Part shown: piece after piece, positions 1 to 9,171 of the stretch
How positions within the stretch are numbered: the first letter of the stretch is position 1
Layout of the letters: every line of letters starts with the position of its first letter
DNA from: a virus
Taxonomy: Duplodnaviria; Caudoviricetes
Virus record (IMG/VR): IMGVR_UViG_3300033069_000592
Location: 400-64,399 of that record
Strand: one strand, 5' to 3'
DNA: 64,000 nucleotides
Notes under the pieces: generated by a model
The model's database searches: none
What the model was told of the DNA's origin: nothing
The model's input: the letters and a program-made list of their open reading frames with translations, nothing else
Program-made: the position numbers and the translations under genes

Positions 1-380
1 CCGATACCCTTGTAGGCAGCGGTATAGTCGGCGGTGGAAATCGCCATCACAGCGCCGCGGTTGCCCCCGGAAACACCGATCTGGATGCCGCTGGTATTGA
101 TCCCGGTGACAGCGCGCCAGTTGGCCTGGATGCCGCCCTTGCCCGAAACGCGCGGAATCTCGTTGCGCAGCGGGGTGAGGACCGGGTAGAGGAACTTGGC
201 GCCCGCTTCCAGGTCGTAGTAGGTGAGGCCGGAGGTAGCCGATCCCGACTGCGCGAAGGTGCTCTTGGCGAGAGCCTCAGGCAGCGAGGGGTTGGCGATC
301 TGCGGGGCAGTGGCAAGAGCCTTCATGAGGGCATCGAGCGAAGCACCCGCAACGAGGCCCTGTTCTTGGACGATAGACAT
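1..380 (-). CDS. Major capsid protein, N-terminal part (runs off window start)
   Basis: ATG at 380 with upstream AAAGAGG; translates MSIVQEQGLVAGASLDALMKALATAPQIANPSLPEALAKSTFAQSGSATSGLTYYDLEAGAKFLYPVLTPLRNEIPRVSGKGGIQANWRAVTGIN; directly downstream of the protease/scaffold gene; not in the ORF track. Confidence 0.85.
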   Translation of the reverse strand, partial: MSIVQEQGLVAGASLDALMKALATAPQIANPSLPEALAKSTFAQSGSATSGLTYYDLEAGAKFLYPVLTPLRNEIPRVSGKGGIQANWRAVTGINTSGIQIGVSGGNRGAVMAISTADYTAAYKGI

Positions 381-469
381 GGTAATAACCTCTTTCTTCA
401 GGTTGGCGAAAACCTCATCGTCCCCGATGAGGGCAGTTTAGGCTTCCGTCCCCGGTCGCCTCGTTGCAA

Positions 470-2314
470 CTAGCGGTTCAGTGACAGGGGAGTACCCTGC
501 GACTGAGCCGCCTTAATCATCATGACGGCGAGAGCATCAGGCCCTTCCGTCTTGATAAGGTTGTGGAGCTCGGTACGGAGCTCTTCTTCGTTCTGGAACC
601 GCTTGCCCATGAACTGGACATCACCTTCACGGAAAGCGATGTTCTGTGGGGCGCGCGGCAGCGGAGTGTCCTCGATGGTCTGGATCCGCTTGGCGAGTTC
701 CTCGACCTTCTCGACGGCTTCACCGGCGATCTTCTTCAGGTCGGCGTTCTCGGCCTCGAGGGCATCGAAGCGCTTCTGCATCGGCGGGGACAGCTCATCG
801 CTGACTTCCACTTCAGCACTGAAGCCCACAGACTTGGCCAGCTTCTCGATGTTCTCAATGGCTTCGTCCTTGAGCGGCTCGACTTCTTCGATCATTTCGA
901 CCACGTGCTTGGCAAGGTCATTGCCTTCGCTGGCCGAACGATAGTAGTAGTCATAGGCGCACCGCGGCGACAGGTCAGTGTCGAGACCCGCGACGAGCTC
1001 GGCGACCTGGTTCTTGGCGTAGTCCATGAAGCTGTCACCGAACGCCGAGAGCTGACCCTGCAGCGTCTTCCACACCGCCTGGTCTTCGCTGTCGCCTTCG
1101 AGCGTCCCTTCCGCCTTGATCGTGCGGGCGAGACCGGCAACGTCACCGATCATGTTGGCGAAGCGGGAAACGGTATACATTCCCTTCTCCAGCTTCGGCG
1201 AGCCATCCTGTTCACGCGGCTGCTCCAGTTCGAGCACCGCCTTGTGGAGGTCGTCGAGACGGCCAACCGAGAAGATCGACTCTTCGGTGACTTCTTCCTT
1301 AGGCTCGGTGGCCTTCGCGAGACGATCCCGAAGCTTGTCGGCCTCGGTCGGTTCCACAGCAGCCTTGGCGAGACTGAGCTCGTGGGCTTCGGCGTCGGAC
1401 TTCTTCTCGAACGTCGAACCGTCGCTGGCGGTCCAGACCTGACGAATACCCGGAGGGGTAACCTTCACGGCTTTTTCGGCAGCTTCTTCGGCATCGTTGT
1501 CCTGGCCGCTTGCTTCTTCGGCGGCCTCATCTTCGTCGTCGCTTCCCTTTTTCTTCTTGCTCGGCTTCTTGGCGTCCTTTCCTTCATCGCCTTCCTCGCC
1601 CTTCTCAGCCATCGCCTTGATGAGTTCGTTCCGAGCAGCTTCGACGTGCTGCATCCAGGTGGTGCCGTCCGAGGCATCCTTGGCCATCTGTTCGGCCCTG
1701 GCAACCACGTCTTCGTTCGAAGGCTCGAGACCCGGGATCACCGGCTCTTCCTCGGTCTTCGACTCTTCAGCATCATCGGCCTTCGTCAGATCACCGGCGG
1801 CCTGGAACTGGATCAGCTCTTCGGCGCCGTCAGCCTTGACGAGCGAAAAGGTTGCCGATTTGACGCAGGGGTTGTCAACCAGGCTGACTTCGTTCGGCAC
1901 GGCGGTGAACTTCTGGATGACGGTATCGCCGACCTTGTCCTTCCACTTCTTGCCGTAACGACCGCCCACACTGAAGCCGGTGTAGCAGCCTTCGAGGACC
2001 TTGCCCCACTCGGCTTCATCGACAACCTTGGCGCAGACTTCGATGGACTGCGACTCGTCATCGAAGGCGATGTCGGTCAGCTTGCCGGCGACTTGCAGCC
2101 CGTGCATCACGCGAAGGTTGCCCTTCGAGAGACCGCCCGAGGCTTCCTCGATCTGCGACGACCACTTCTCGAAGTTCGGCTTGGACGTTTCATAGTCCAT
2201 CACCTCACCCGACTGGTCGATCTCTTCTGCCGTGATACGACCATAGACGAGGCGCTGGTCCTCGTCCACTTTCGTGAGCGGTACGAATACGCTCGGCGCC
2301 TTCATCTTACTCAT
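470..2314 (-). CDS. Prohead protease with long acidic/coiled-coil scaffold C-terminus
   Basis: N-terminal caudovirus prohead protease motifs (LRVMHG, YTGFSVGG, EVSLVDNPC); lies between portal and capsid genes. Confidence 0.85.
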   Translation of the reverse strand: MSKMKAPSVFVPLTKVDEDQRLVYGRITAEEIDQSGEVMDYETSKPNFEKWSSQIEEASGGLSKGNLRVMHGLQVAGKLTDIAFDDESQSIEVCAKVVDEAEWGKVLEGCYTGFSVGGRYGKKWKDKVGDTVIQKFTAVPNEVSLVDNPCVKSATFSLVKADGAEELIQFQAAGDLTKADDAEESKTEEEPVIPGLEPSNEDVVARAEQMAKDASDGTTWMQHVEAARNELIKAMAEKGEEGDEGKDAKKPSKKKKGSDDEDEAAEEASGQDNDAEEAAEKAVKVTPPGIRQVWTASDGSTFEKKSDAEAHELSLAKAAVEPTEADKLRDRLAKATEPKEEVTEESIFSVGRLDDLHKAVLELEQPREQDGSPKLEKGMYTVSRFANMIGDVAGLARTIKAEGTLEGDSEDQAVWKTLQGQLSAFGDSFMDYAKNQVAELVAGLDTDLSPRCAYDYYYRSASEGNDLAKHVVEMIEEVEPLKDEAIENIEKLAKSVGFSAEVEVSDELSPPMQKRFDALEAENADLKKIAGEAVEKVEELAKRIQTIEDTPLPRAPQNIAFREGDVQFMGKRFQNEEELRTELHNLIKTEGPDALAVMMIKAAQSQGTPLSLNR

Positions 2315-3902
2315 GGTTCTGTTGCTCCTTGCTCATCTTGCGGAGGTATTCAGCCAGGCCTTCCTCATCACCGCTGGCAACCAGCTGTTCGAGGGTCTTC
2401 ATAACCGAGTCATCCTTGAGGGCTGACTTCGGGTCCTTGGGTCTTCCCGCCACAGGCTGTTTCTTGCCGGGATTTCCGTTGGGATCCTGTTCGATCTGCG
2501 GATTGGCAGAGTGACCGCTGAAGTCCGTGGTGGGATCATGGTCCCCCTGAGCTTCAGCAGTCATGGTCAACGGCGCAAGGCCGTTCGAGGTCTGGAACAT
2601 TGGATCGTCAAACCGCGGATCATCATAAGGCTCACGCCCGTTGGCCACTCGGCCTTCATTGATGGTCAGCAGGCCGGCCTTGACGTCCGCTTCAGTAATT
2701 GCCTGGCGCTTAGCCGGGTCCAGTTCATCATCACCGCGCCACACAAACTCATAGTCCGAGGCGTCGAAGTCCTCGGCAAGGATCGTATCGACCAGTGACT
2801 TGACCCACGACTGGATCGGAGCGAGGCCCGTTGCTGCAGCCTCACGCTGCGAGGAGTCCGCGGTAGCGCGGTTCATCATCGCCATGAAGGGCTGCGGGCT
2901 GATGCTGAAGGCGAAGCAGCAGACTCGTGCGAGCCATTCTTCCGCCTTGCCGAACAGCTCAGTTTCCTGCGTGGGAATATACGTCTTGCCGACCGCATTC
3001 GGCACAAAGCGAGCACGACGGCGCTCAGCAAGGTTACCGGCAAGGATATTGTCGAACCACTCCTGGAAGGTGCGGATCTGGTCAGGAGTCCAGGTCTCCG
3101 GCACACCGATCAGCGCCGGTGGCATATTGCCTTCAGTGAAGAAGTTGAGCTGGAATATCTGACGACGGAGACCAATGTTGATGGTCATAAGGATCTGCTC
3201 GACCGGCGAGTAACCGTAGATCTTGTGGATCCGGACGTTACGCGGACGGTAGAGGATTTCCTTCTTCGTATAGTCCACAGCAGGCATCCCCTTGAGGATC
3301 TGCTGATAGGCGATTTCATTATCGCCCTCGGGAGTGCGGCCCCAATCGTCGAGGACACGGCGAACGGTGGCGCCGTCAATCGGGTCCAGCGCGATCAGCT
3401 TGCCACCGCGAGTACGACGGCGATGAAGCGTCGGAGCATCGACCACAAAGAGATCCTCGAGGAGCATACGGAGCCAGGTGCTCCAGTCATGCTCGCCGTC
3501 GGGCTTCATGAAGAACTTGGTCATGTCCTTGATCTTGTTCTTCTTCTGGGTGGTCAGTCGTTCCCGACCATCCCGAAGCTGAATGACCCACCGCAATCGC
3601 TCCATAGCATCCTTGCGAGTCTCAATGATGAGACGCAGCAAGTCATAGCTGTCGGCGAATGCGCGGAGAGTCTGATAAGTGACCGGCTCATAGGCGCGAG
3701 TGGTGGTAAGGAGGTTGACGCCTTGGGGAAAATCGAAGGCACGACCGGCGACTTCCTCCGGCGCCTGTGGCGTCATCGGCCGGCCAGGACCGAACCAGCT
3801 AGCACCAGACCCGTCGGTGCCATAGGTGACGCCGACTTGATAGTTCTGGGGGTTCAATGCGATCTGACGACCCCCACCGGCTGCGGCGCGCTGACTAACC
3901 AT
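2307..3902 (-). CDS. Portal protein
   Basis: 531 aa after TerL; portal-like motifs (LDPIDGATVRRVLDDWG, YGYSPVEQI, FFTEGNMP, LTINEGR). Confidence 0.9.
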   Translation of the reverse strand: MVSQRAAAGGGRQIALNPQNYQVGVTYGTDGSGASWFGPGRPMTPQAPEEVAGRAFDFPQGVNLLTTTRAYEPVTYQTLRAFADSYDLLRLIIETRKDAMERLRWVIQLRDGRERLTTQKKNKIKDMTKFFMKPDGEHDWSTWLRMLLEDLFVVDAPTLHRRRTRGGKLIALDPIDGATVRRVLDDWGRTPEGDNEIAYQQILKGMPAVDYTKKEILYRPRNVRIHKIYGYSPVEQILMTINIGLRRQIFQLNFFTEGNMPPALIGVPETWTPDQIRTFQEWFDNILAGNLAERRRARFVPNAVGKTYIPTQETELFGKAEEWLARVCCFAFSISPQPFMAMMNRATADSSQREAAATGLAPIQSWVKSLVDTILAEDFDASDYEFVWRGDDELDPAKRQAITEADVKAGLLTINEGRVANGREPYDDPRFDDPMFQTSNGLAPLTMTAEAQGDHDPTTDFSGHSANPQIEQDPNGNPGKKQPVAGRPKDPKSALKDDSVMKTLEQLVASGDEEGLAEYLRKMSKEQQNHE

Positions 3903-5520
3903 TTACCGACGAGTCCCCATCACTGGCTTCGGCGAAAAACCTACGAAAACCGGCACTTTCGAGTCCTCTCACATCGTCCTCCTTGACTTGGAAAAGGCCG
4001 TCGGTACCGATCATGTACTTATCACCGTTCTTACCGAATGCCGTATTTATACCCAATGGGCCTTGAAGAGAAACGATAGCACTGGGCAAGGCCCTCGTCT
4101 GACCAGAGAGCCGATCACCGATGGCCCGAGCTTCTTGGCGATAGTAATCCATCAGGCCTTCATAGGCGATTGATCCCACCATCAGTTCGGTGATGCCCCA
4201 CACCAGGGCGTCCATGCGGTCGGGTGAGTACCCCATCGAACCATCGGGAGTATATTCGCAGAGCTGATCTTCGAGCTCAGGGAAGTAGCCCACATGGTGA
4301 ACCTTTTTCTGCTCATAGAGCTGGGAGACCGGCTCGGCGCGAACGTACTTGCCACGAGTGGCGTGTACCGCTTTCACCGGAACGAAGTCGGCGGTACGCA
4401 TACCATCCTCCTTCATTGCACGAGCGGCAGCTCGAAGAACAGCGGCTACCATCTCGCCGCCTTGGTTAGCTTCATAGATCACCATGTCAGCAGCCCACTC
4501 ATCAAGAGCGAGAACAGCAGCCCGTCCCCATTCCTCCGGTGAGCCGTTCAGCGATAGATCTTCGAGCAGGTAGCCATGACCATTGCTGTCTTTGCCGACA
4601 ACCATAATGCCCGTTTCAGCCGCGGCCTCGCCCACTTCCTTCGCGGGATCGACTGCAACCACAACTCGCTCAAAGTGAGGGAGAGCAATTGGAGTCTGGC
4701 TATCCACAGGGCGGATGCGGCATTCATCGATCATCGGGCGAGACCACAGAGCGCCAGGAACATCATCCAGGATTTCTGCGTTCAGCTCCTGCCGACCGAT
4801 ACGAGTGCCCTCATACTTCTCGATAACGGCCTTGACGAACGGTGGCGCAAGGTTGACCAGGTTCTCTCGTGTATTGCCCTTTGTAATCGCGGTATCACTA
4901 CGAAGGATAATATCTTTGAGGAGTCGGATTGGACGCGGAGTCGTCGTGACAATGACTCGAGGATGATCGCCCAAGCGAAGGCCAAACATAAGATTGTCCC
5001 AGGCTTCCTGAGCGTAGCGCCACTTGCAAAGCTCGTCGCACCAGGCGCCGTCGAACTGAGGACCGCGGAGTGAGTCATAGTCTTCTGCCGAGAAAAGAGT
5101 TGCCTGAGCGCCATTAGGCCAAGTCAATCGACGCTTGGAAGGTTCGTACTTCGGGCGGAAGTCTCGGGGAGAGCAGGCCATGATGCCTGACTCACCTTCA
5201 ACCATAACGTCTCGGGCGTCCGCGCTATCCTCCGCAATCAAGGCGATGCGCTTACAGTGACCCTCCTTGGCCCACTTGATAACGGTCTCAGCACCGCACC
5301 GTGTCTTGCCAAACCCGCGTCCAGCAAGAATGAGCCAGATAGTCCAGAACTCGCCGTTGGATAGAACGCGCTCAGGCTCAAGCTGATTAGGACGAGCCCA
5401 CAGCTCCCAGGTGTGGAGCAGGTCGTCAGCTTCTTCATCCGTCAGATCGTCGAGCTTCGAAAGGTCGAGGGTCTTCAGGTGATGATTACGAAGAAGCTTC
5501 CCGTCGATTGTCTCCTGCAA
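3895..5520 (-). CDS. terL: Terminase large subunit (probable TTG start at 5520)
   Basis: Walker A AGRGFGKT, Walker B GAWCDE, nuclease VAVDP ... DRMDALVW; start uncertain because no in-frame ATG precedes Walker A downstream of 5727. Confidence 0.92.
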   Translation of the reverse strand: MQETIDGKLLRNHHLKTLDLSKLDDLTDEEADDLLHTWELWARPNQLEPERVLSNGEFWTIWLILAGRGFGKTRCGAETVIKWAKEGHCKRIALIAEDSADARDVMVEGESGIMACSPRDFRPKYEPSKRRLTWPNGAQATLFSAEDYDSLRGPQFDGAWCDELCKWRYAQEAWDNLMFGLRLGDHPRVIVTTTPRPIRLLKDIILRSDTAITKGNTRENLVNLAPPFVKAVIEKYEGTRIGRQELNAEILDDVPGALWSRPMIDECRIRPVDSQTPIALPHFERVVVAVDPAKEVGEAAAETGIMVVGKDSNGHGYLLEDLSLNGSPEEWGRAAVLALDEWAADMVIYEANQGGEMVAAVLRAAARAMKEDGMRTADFVPVKAVHATRGKYVRAEPVSQLYEQKKVHHVGYFPELEDQLCEYTPDGSMGYSPDRMDALVWGITELMVGSIAYEGLMDYYRQEARAIGDRLSGQTRALPSAIVSLQGPLGINTAFGKNGDKYMIGTDGLFQVKEDDVRGLESAGFRRFFAEASDGDSSVNG

Positions 5521-6025
5521 CTGCTCGGCGCTTCCTTCCCCGCTCAGGAACACTTCCAGGGGCCGGGAGGAGTGCGATGGGTTGGTCCTCGGGTTCGGAC
5601 CCATTCGACGACGCAGGTAGCGGCGTCCCCTCCTCACCTGGTCCTCCGAGAACCTGACCCGCAGCCTGGAGCCGCGCAATACGATTGAGAAGCTTTGCCT
5701 TTGAGCCTTCAACATTGATCTGTCCACTCAGTTCGAGTTTGCCACCGCGGTCATACTTCTCAGGACGCCGCGCCTTGAGGATCATCGCCATCAGCGGATC
5801 CGACTTCTTCATGGCCCGTTCAGTAGCCACGTCCTCGATGTAGTCGGTACCCTGCTCGATGGCGTCATCCCAGTCGGCGGCGAAGTCCGGGTCAGTCTCG
5901 CGCCACCGTCGAAAGTTCTGAGTGGTTCCTCCAGCTGCGTGAGCCGCAAATGAGATAGAGGATCCCACAGCCAGCTGATCAAGGAACAGCTTTCGTCGTT
6001 TGAAGGTTCGGACGAATTGGGACAT
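5486..6025 (-). CDS. terS: Terminase small subunit
   Basis: N-terminal HTH-like segment, WRETDPDFAADWDDA and LKARRPEKY motifs; immediately upstream of TerL. Confidence 0.85.
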   Translation of the reverse strand: MSQFVRTFKRRKLFLDQLAVGSSISFAAHAAGGTTQNFRRWRETDPDFAADWDDAIEQGTDYIEDVATERAMKKSDPLMAMILKARRPEKYDRGGKLELSGQINVEGSKAKLLNRIARLQAAGQVLGGPGEEGTPLPASSNGSEPEDQPIALLPAPGSVPERGRKRRAVAGDNRREASS

Positions 6026-6031
6026 GGTCAG

Positions 6032-6060
6032 TTGCTTCCGGGTTTCATTGAACGTATGAT
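6032..6060 (+). promoter_or_regulatory. sigma70-type promoter
   Basis: TTGCTT-17nt-TATGAT upstream of AGGAG and ATG 6094. Confidence 0.6.
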
Positions 6061-6093
6061 GTAACCGATCCCACTCATAGGAGCATATCGATC

Positions 6094-6756
6094 ATGGCAA
6101 GAAAATCCCATAGGACTGATGAAGAGAAATCGAAGGAACAGCGGGGACCGCTCCAATACCCCTACGTTGTCTATGCCTCCTATAATCCGGGCGAGACCTA
6201 CGAAACGATGCGGTGGCTGATCCTGAAGTTCATGAGTCCACAGGCCGCCAGGGGCCATATCAATGCCTTGATCGGCGATGACGAGTGGGAGTTCGGGGTT
6301 ACGACCGTGCTCGAATATCCCAGCGTTATCACGTCTCGCGGTGTTCAGATCACCTTCCGCAATCAAGCGATGCTCGATGAGGTTATGGGTCTTGACTTTG
6401 AGGATCAGCATATGTCCTCGGAGGTTTCCTACTTCAAGTTTCGACGCACCACCGAGCGCGTTGCACCGAAGGATGAGGATGATGACCTGCCGAAGACCGC
6501 CAAGGCCGCTCGTGTATCGCGCGCCGAAAAGCGTGAGCCCAAGGAACCGAAGGCTCCGCGCGAGAAAGTTGACCGTTCGGGTATGGTCTCCGCCAATGAC
6601 ATCGCCGCTGAGCTCAAGGTCGAGGGTCGCGAGGTCCGAGCTGTCCTTCGCGCAATGAAACTCGAGAAGCCCGCCGGCGGTTGGTGGTTCGACAAGAAGA
6701 CAGCTGAAGCAATCCGTGATAAGGTTCGCGCAGGACTGAAGGCGAAGAAGAAATGA
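6094..6756 (+). CDS. Putative DNA-binding protein, C-terminal HTH-like domain (paralogue family member 1)
   Basis: SD AGGAG; C-terminus SANDIAAELKVEGREVRAVLR...GWWF resembles domains in ORFs at 26026, 27653 and 42876. Confidence 0.7.
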   Translation: MARKSHRTDEEKSKEQRGPLQYPYVVYASYNPGETYETMRWLILKFMSPQAARGHINALIGDDEWEFGVTTVLEYPSVITSRGVQITFRNQAMLDEVMGLDFEDQHMSSEVSYFKFRRTTERVAPKDEDDDLPKTAKAARVSRAEKREPKEPKAPREKVDRSGMVSANDIAAELKVEGREVRAVLRAMKLEKPAGGWWFDKKTAEAIRDKVRAGLKAKKK

Positions 6757-7196
6757 CCTACCGGGTATTCGATGACTATCTCCAGCTCCGTGAGTTCATT
6801 CAAGCGGGAAAGGCGAAGATCACTATTAAGTCGAAGAAAACGGGCCAGCATTTCACCTATCAAATCCAATCAAGCCGGGACGGTCGGTGGTTCGTAAGAA
6901 CCCTGACCTCCGGGGAGGATCCTTGGCTTTACCTCGGTGTTATCTGGTCCAATCGCCGCTTCGGCACCACGAAGGCTAGCCCACACAATGCGCGAGAGCT
7001 GCCTGCGTATAAGGCCTTTGATTGGCTGTGGACCCACGAGCTCTGCTACAAGTTCCGCATCCATGACAGCCTCGAGGTATATCATGAGGGCGAGTGTGGA
7101 ATGTGTGGCGGACCACTCACCAACCCTGAGTCCATCGAACGGGGCTATGGCCCAGAGTGCTGGAAAAAGCGTATTCGCATGGGCTATAAAGAGTGA
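6753..7196 (+). CDS. Zn-finger protein (DUF6011-like C-terminus)
   Basis: CGMCGGPLTNPESIERGYGPEC; ATGA-type overlap with upstream gene. Confidence 0.7.
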   Translation: MTYRVFDDYLQLREFIQAGKAKITIKSKKTGQHFTYQIQSSRDGRWFVRTLTSGEDPWLYLGVIWSNRRFGTTKASPHNARELPAYKAFDWLWTHELCYKFRIHDSLEVYHEGECGMCGGPLTNPESIERGYGPECWKKRIRMGYKE

Positions 7197-7208
7197 TATG
7201 ATTGCATC

Positions 7209-7724
7209 ATGAATATCTTTTCTATCTCACGTCACCCGCGTATGTGCGCCAAAGCGCTCGATGACAAGCGCCTTAATAAGATGATCCTTGAGACTGCTCA
7301 GATCATTTGCACGGTCATTAACAAGACTGAAGGCTCACAGGTCACGCGATACCGAAGCAGTCACGTCAACCATCCCGCTACGATCTGGGCTGAGACCTTA
7401 CCCGCCGCATTGCCTTGGCTGTATGCGCTGGGCATCGCTTACGGCGATGAGATCCTGCATCGGCGCGGTCGACAGCACTCCTGCCACACAATGCTGCTTG
7501 AGCTCGTTGAGCAATACCCGTGGCTGCGTCGATACCGTCCGCTGCGCGAGGATCAGCTATTCAACGGCGCTCGACATAAGGGGCTTGACCTCGACTTCAC
7601 CTACCTGCCGACCACACAGGCCTATCGTGCCTATCTGTGTATGCGATGGCCGAACGACAAGCGGACGCCTGTATGGACTAACAGACGCCCGCCGTCATGG
7701 TTCTTTACTCCGGAGCCTCACTGA
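7209..7724 (+). CDS. Pyrimidine-dimer DNA glycosylase / endonuclease V-like protein
   Basis: MNIF...DKRLNKMILETAQII...HVNHPATIWA pattern of the DenV-like phage family. Confidence 0.7.
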   Translation: MNIFSISRHPRMCAKALDDKRLNKMILETAQIICTVINKTEGSQVTRYRSSHVNHPATIWAETLPAALPWLYALGIAYGDEILHRRGRQHSCHTMLLELVEQYPWLRRYRPLREDQLFNGARHKGLDLDFTYLPTTQAYRAYLCMRWPNDKRTPVWTNRRPPSWFFTPEPH

Positions 7725-7932
7725 TGTCCAGGTAGTAGTTCTTGTTGGGAACAAACTGACAGGAGGCTGCCGGATTGTCGATGGTCATCCAAAGCTCCCC
7801 GCTCGGGGTTGCCTTGGTGAAGTTCTTGTCTTCACCATTCGCATCGGGGGCATAGACCGCCGAAAGCTTTACCTTCTTGCTGAAGCCGTAGTCTTCGACC
7901 GCCACACAGCGGAACTTGGCACGAGTAGCCAT
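7705..7932 (-). CDS. Hypothetical protein (75 aa)
   Basis: SD AAGGA; phage-like codon usage; KATPSGELWMTIDNP. Confidence 0.7.
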   Translation of the reverse strand: MATRAKFRCVAVEDYGFSKKVKLSAVYAPDANGEDKNFTKATPSGELWMTIDNPAASCQFVPNKNYYLDISEAPE

Positions 7933-8075
7933 AACTCATCCTTCCTTTATTGATGTTGGGAGTATCGGGAACTTCAGCGATCAGGACGTGGTGGGCGGAG
8001 CAACTCAACGCGAGACCACAGCAAGGACCTGAAGAACAATCCGACGGTGATAGTCTAGCACCGCCCAGTGTAGAG

Positions 8076-8112
8076 AAACGAAAGGGCCGCCGAGCGTGAA
8101 CTCGACGACCCT
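8076..8112 (-). terminator. Rho-independent terminator after the acidic protein gene
   Basis: Minus strand AGGGTCGTCGAG-TTCACG-CTCGGCGGCCCT followed by TTCGTTT. Confidence 0.6.
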
Positions 8113-8132
8113 CCCCGCGACGAACTGAGGGA

Positions 8133-8414
8133 TCAGAGCTGGCCGGGCGGCGTGTAGCTGCCGGAAGCGTCGGTCTGCAGACCGTTCACCGCGGCATCAT
8201 GCGAACCATGCTTGGCAGCGCGCTCGTCCTCGACGGGCTCATCTTCGACCGTGACAGCATCGGCTTCATCGCTGGCGGCTTCAGCTTCATCAGTCGAGTC
8301 GTCATCGCCTTCCTGCTCATCACCGCCTTCGTCCTGCTCGACTTCGGCTTCCTGCTGCTCTTCCGCGGCAGCAGCCTGTTCGACTTCTTCCTGGGTCTGT
8401 TCATTGTCCGTCAT
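8133..8414 (-). CDS. Highly acidic small protein
   Basis: SD AGGAG; 93 aa dominated by D/E/A/Q; own promoter and terminator. Confidence 0.75.
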   Translation of the reverse strand: MTDNEQTQEEVEQAAAAEEQQEAEVEQDEGGDEQEGDDDSTDEAEAASDEADAVTVEDEPVEDERAAKHGSHDAAVNGLQTDASGSYTPPGQL

Positions 8415-8450
8415 GGTGTTCTCCTGTGCTCGAGCTCATTGAGCGAGCGC

Positions 8451-8479
8451 ATCATATGAGGAGGAGAGCCCAGTGTCAA
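8451..8479 (-). promoter_or_regulatory. sigma70-type promoter
   Basis: TTGACA-17nt-TATGAT on minus strand. Confidence 0.7.
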
Positions 8480-8611
8480 TGGGTGGAACACGGGCGGGAT
8501 CGTCGGTGCAATCAGGAGTCACGCCTGAGAGGGTTAGTGCGGCGGTGATCGATGCACGATCTCTTCCACCCGTGTTCCTCAATCAGTCTATCGAAGATCT
8601 GTTAAGAGGAG

Positions 8612-8941
8612 TCACGGGCGAGGATCGGTGGGGTTATGGAGAATGTGCATGAGCGTGTCGAGCAGCGGTCGCCAGCTGCGGCGCTTCATGAATTGAACCA
8701 CCTCGTTGGTCGAGACCGCGAGAATGGCAGTCGTCAAAGCACGAAGGTCGCTGTCAACCATCCCAAGCCGTTTGGTTAAGACCACTGACGTGAGGCCGAC
8801 TAGGCCCAACTGCATGATATAACCCATGGCTTGAAAGATAGTGGGCATTCTTCCCTCCGCGACTAGCCGGCCAAAATGGGCCAAGGACCCCACAACCAGA
8901 CCGCTCAGGATTGCCCCGTATTCCTGAATTAAGTCTCGCAT
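8612..8941 (-). CDS. Small membrane protein, holin-like
   Basis: 109 aa with two to three hydrophobic segments and a basic C-terminus. Confidence 0.5.
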   Translation of the reverse strand: MRDLIQEYGAILSGLVVGSLAHFGRLVAEGRMPTIFQAMGYIMQLGLVGLTSVVLTKRLGMVDSDLRALTTAILAVSTNEVVQFMKRRSWRPLLDTLMHILHNPTDPRP

Positions 8942-9171
8942 GGTGGGTAGTCCCTCGTACTAATGACGGGTCCCTTTATGGCGCGCGAAAAGTTGACGGA
9001 TAACATACAAATGGTGGGGTCGAAAAATCGACGTTTTTAGGTCGTTTCGTGTCGTTTTGCGTATCATGACGCATCGAACGACGAAAAACGCGCCTTGGGC
9101 GCATCCAGCGCGACATTTCACGCGCCTTAGGACATGATCGCAACGCACGATTGCGCGCACTACGTTCAACG

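Noticed and set aside
563-2404. 613-aa plus-strand ORF
   Set aside because: Antisense shadow of the protease/scaffold gene; no motifs or SD. Typical of GC-rich, codon-biased DNA.
5521-5727. N-terminal 69 aa of the ORF-track TerL
   Set aside because: Overlaps terS coding sequence and has no terminase character; true start is probably TTG 5520.
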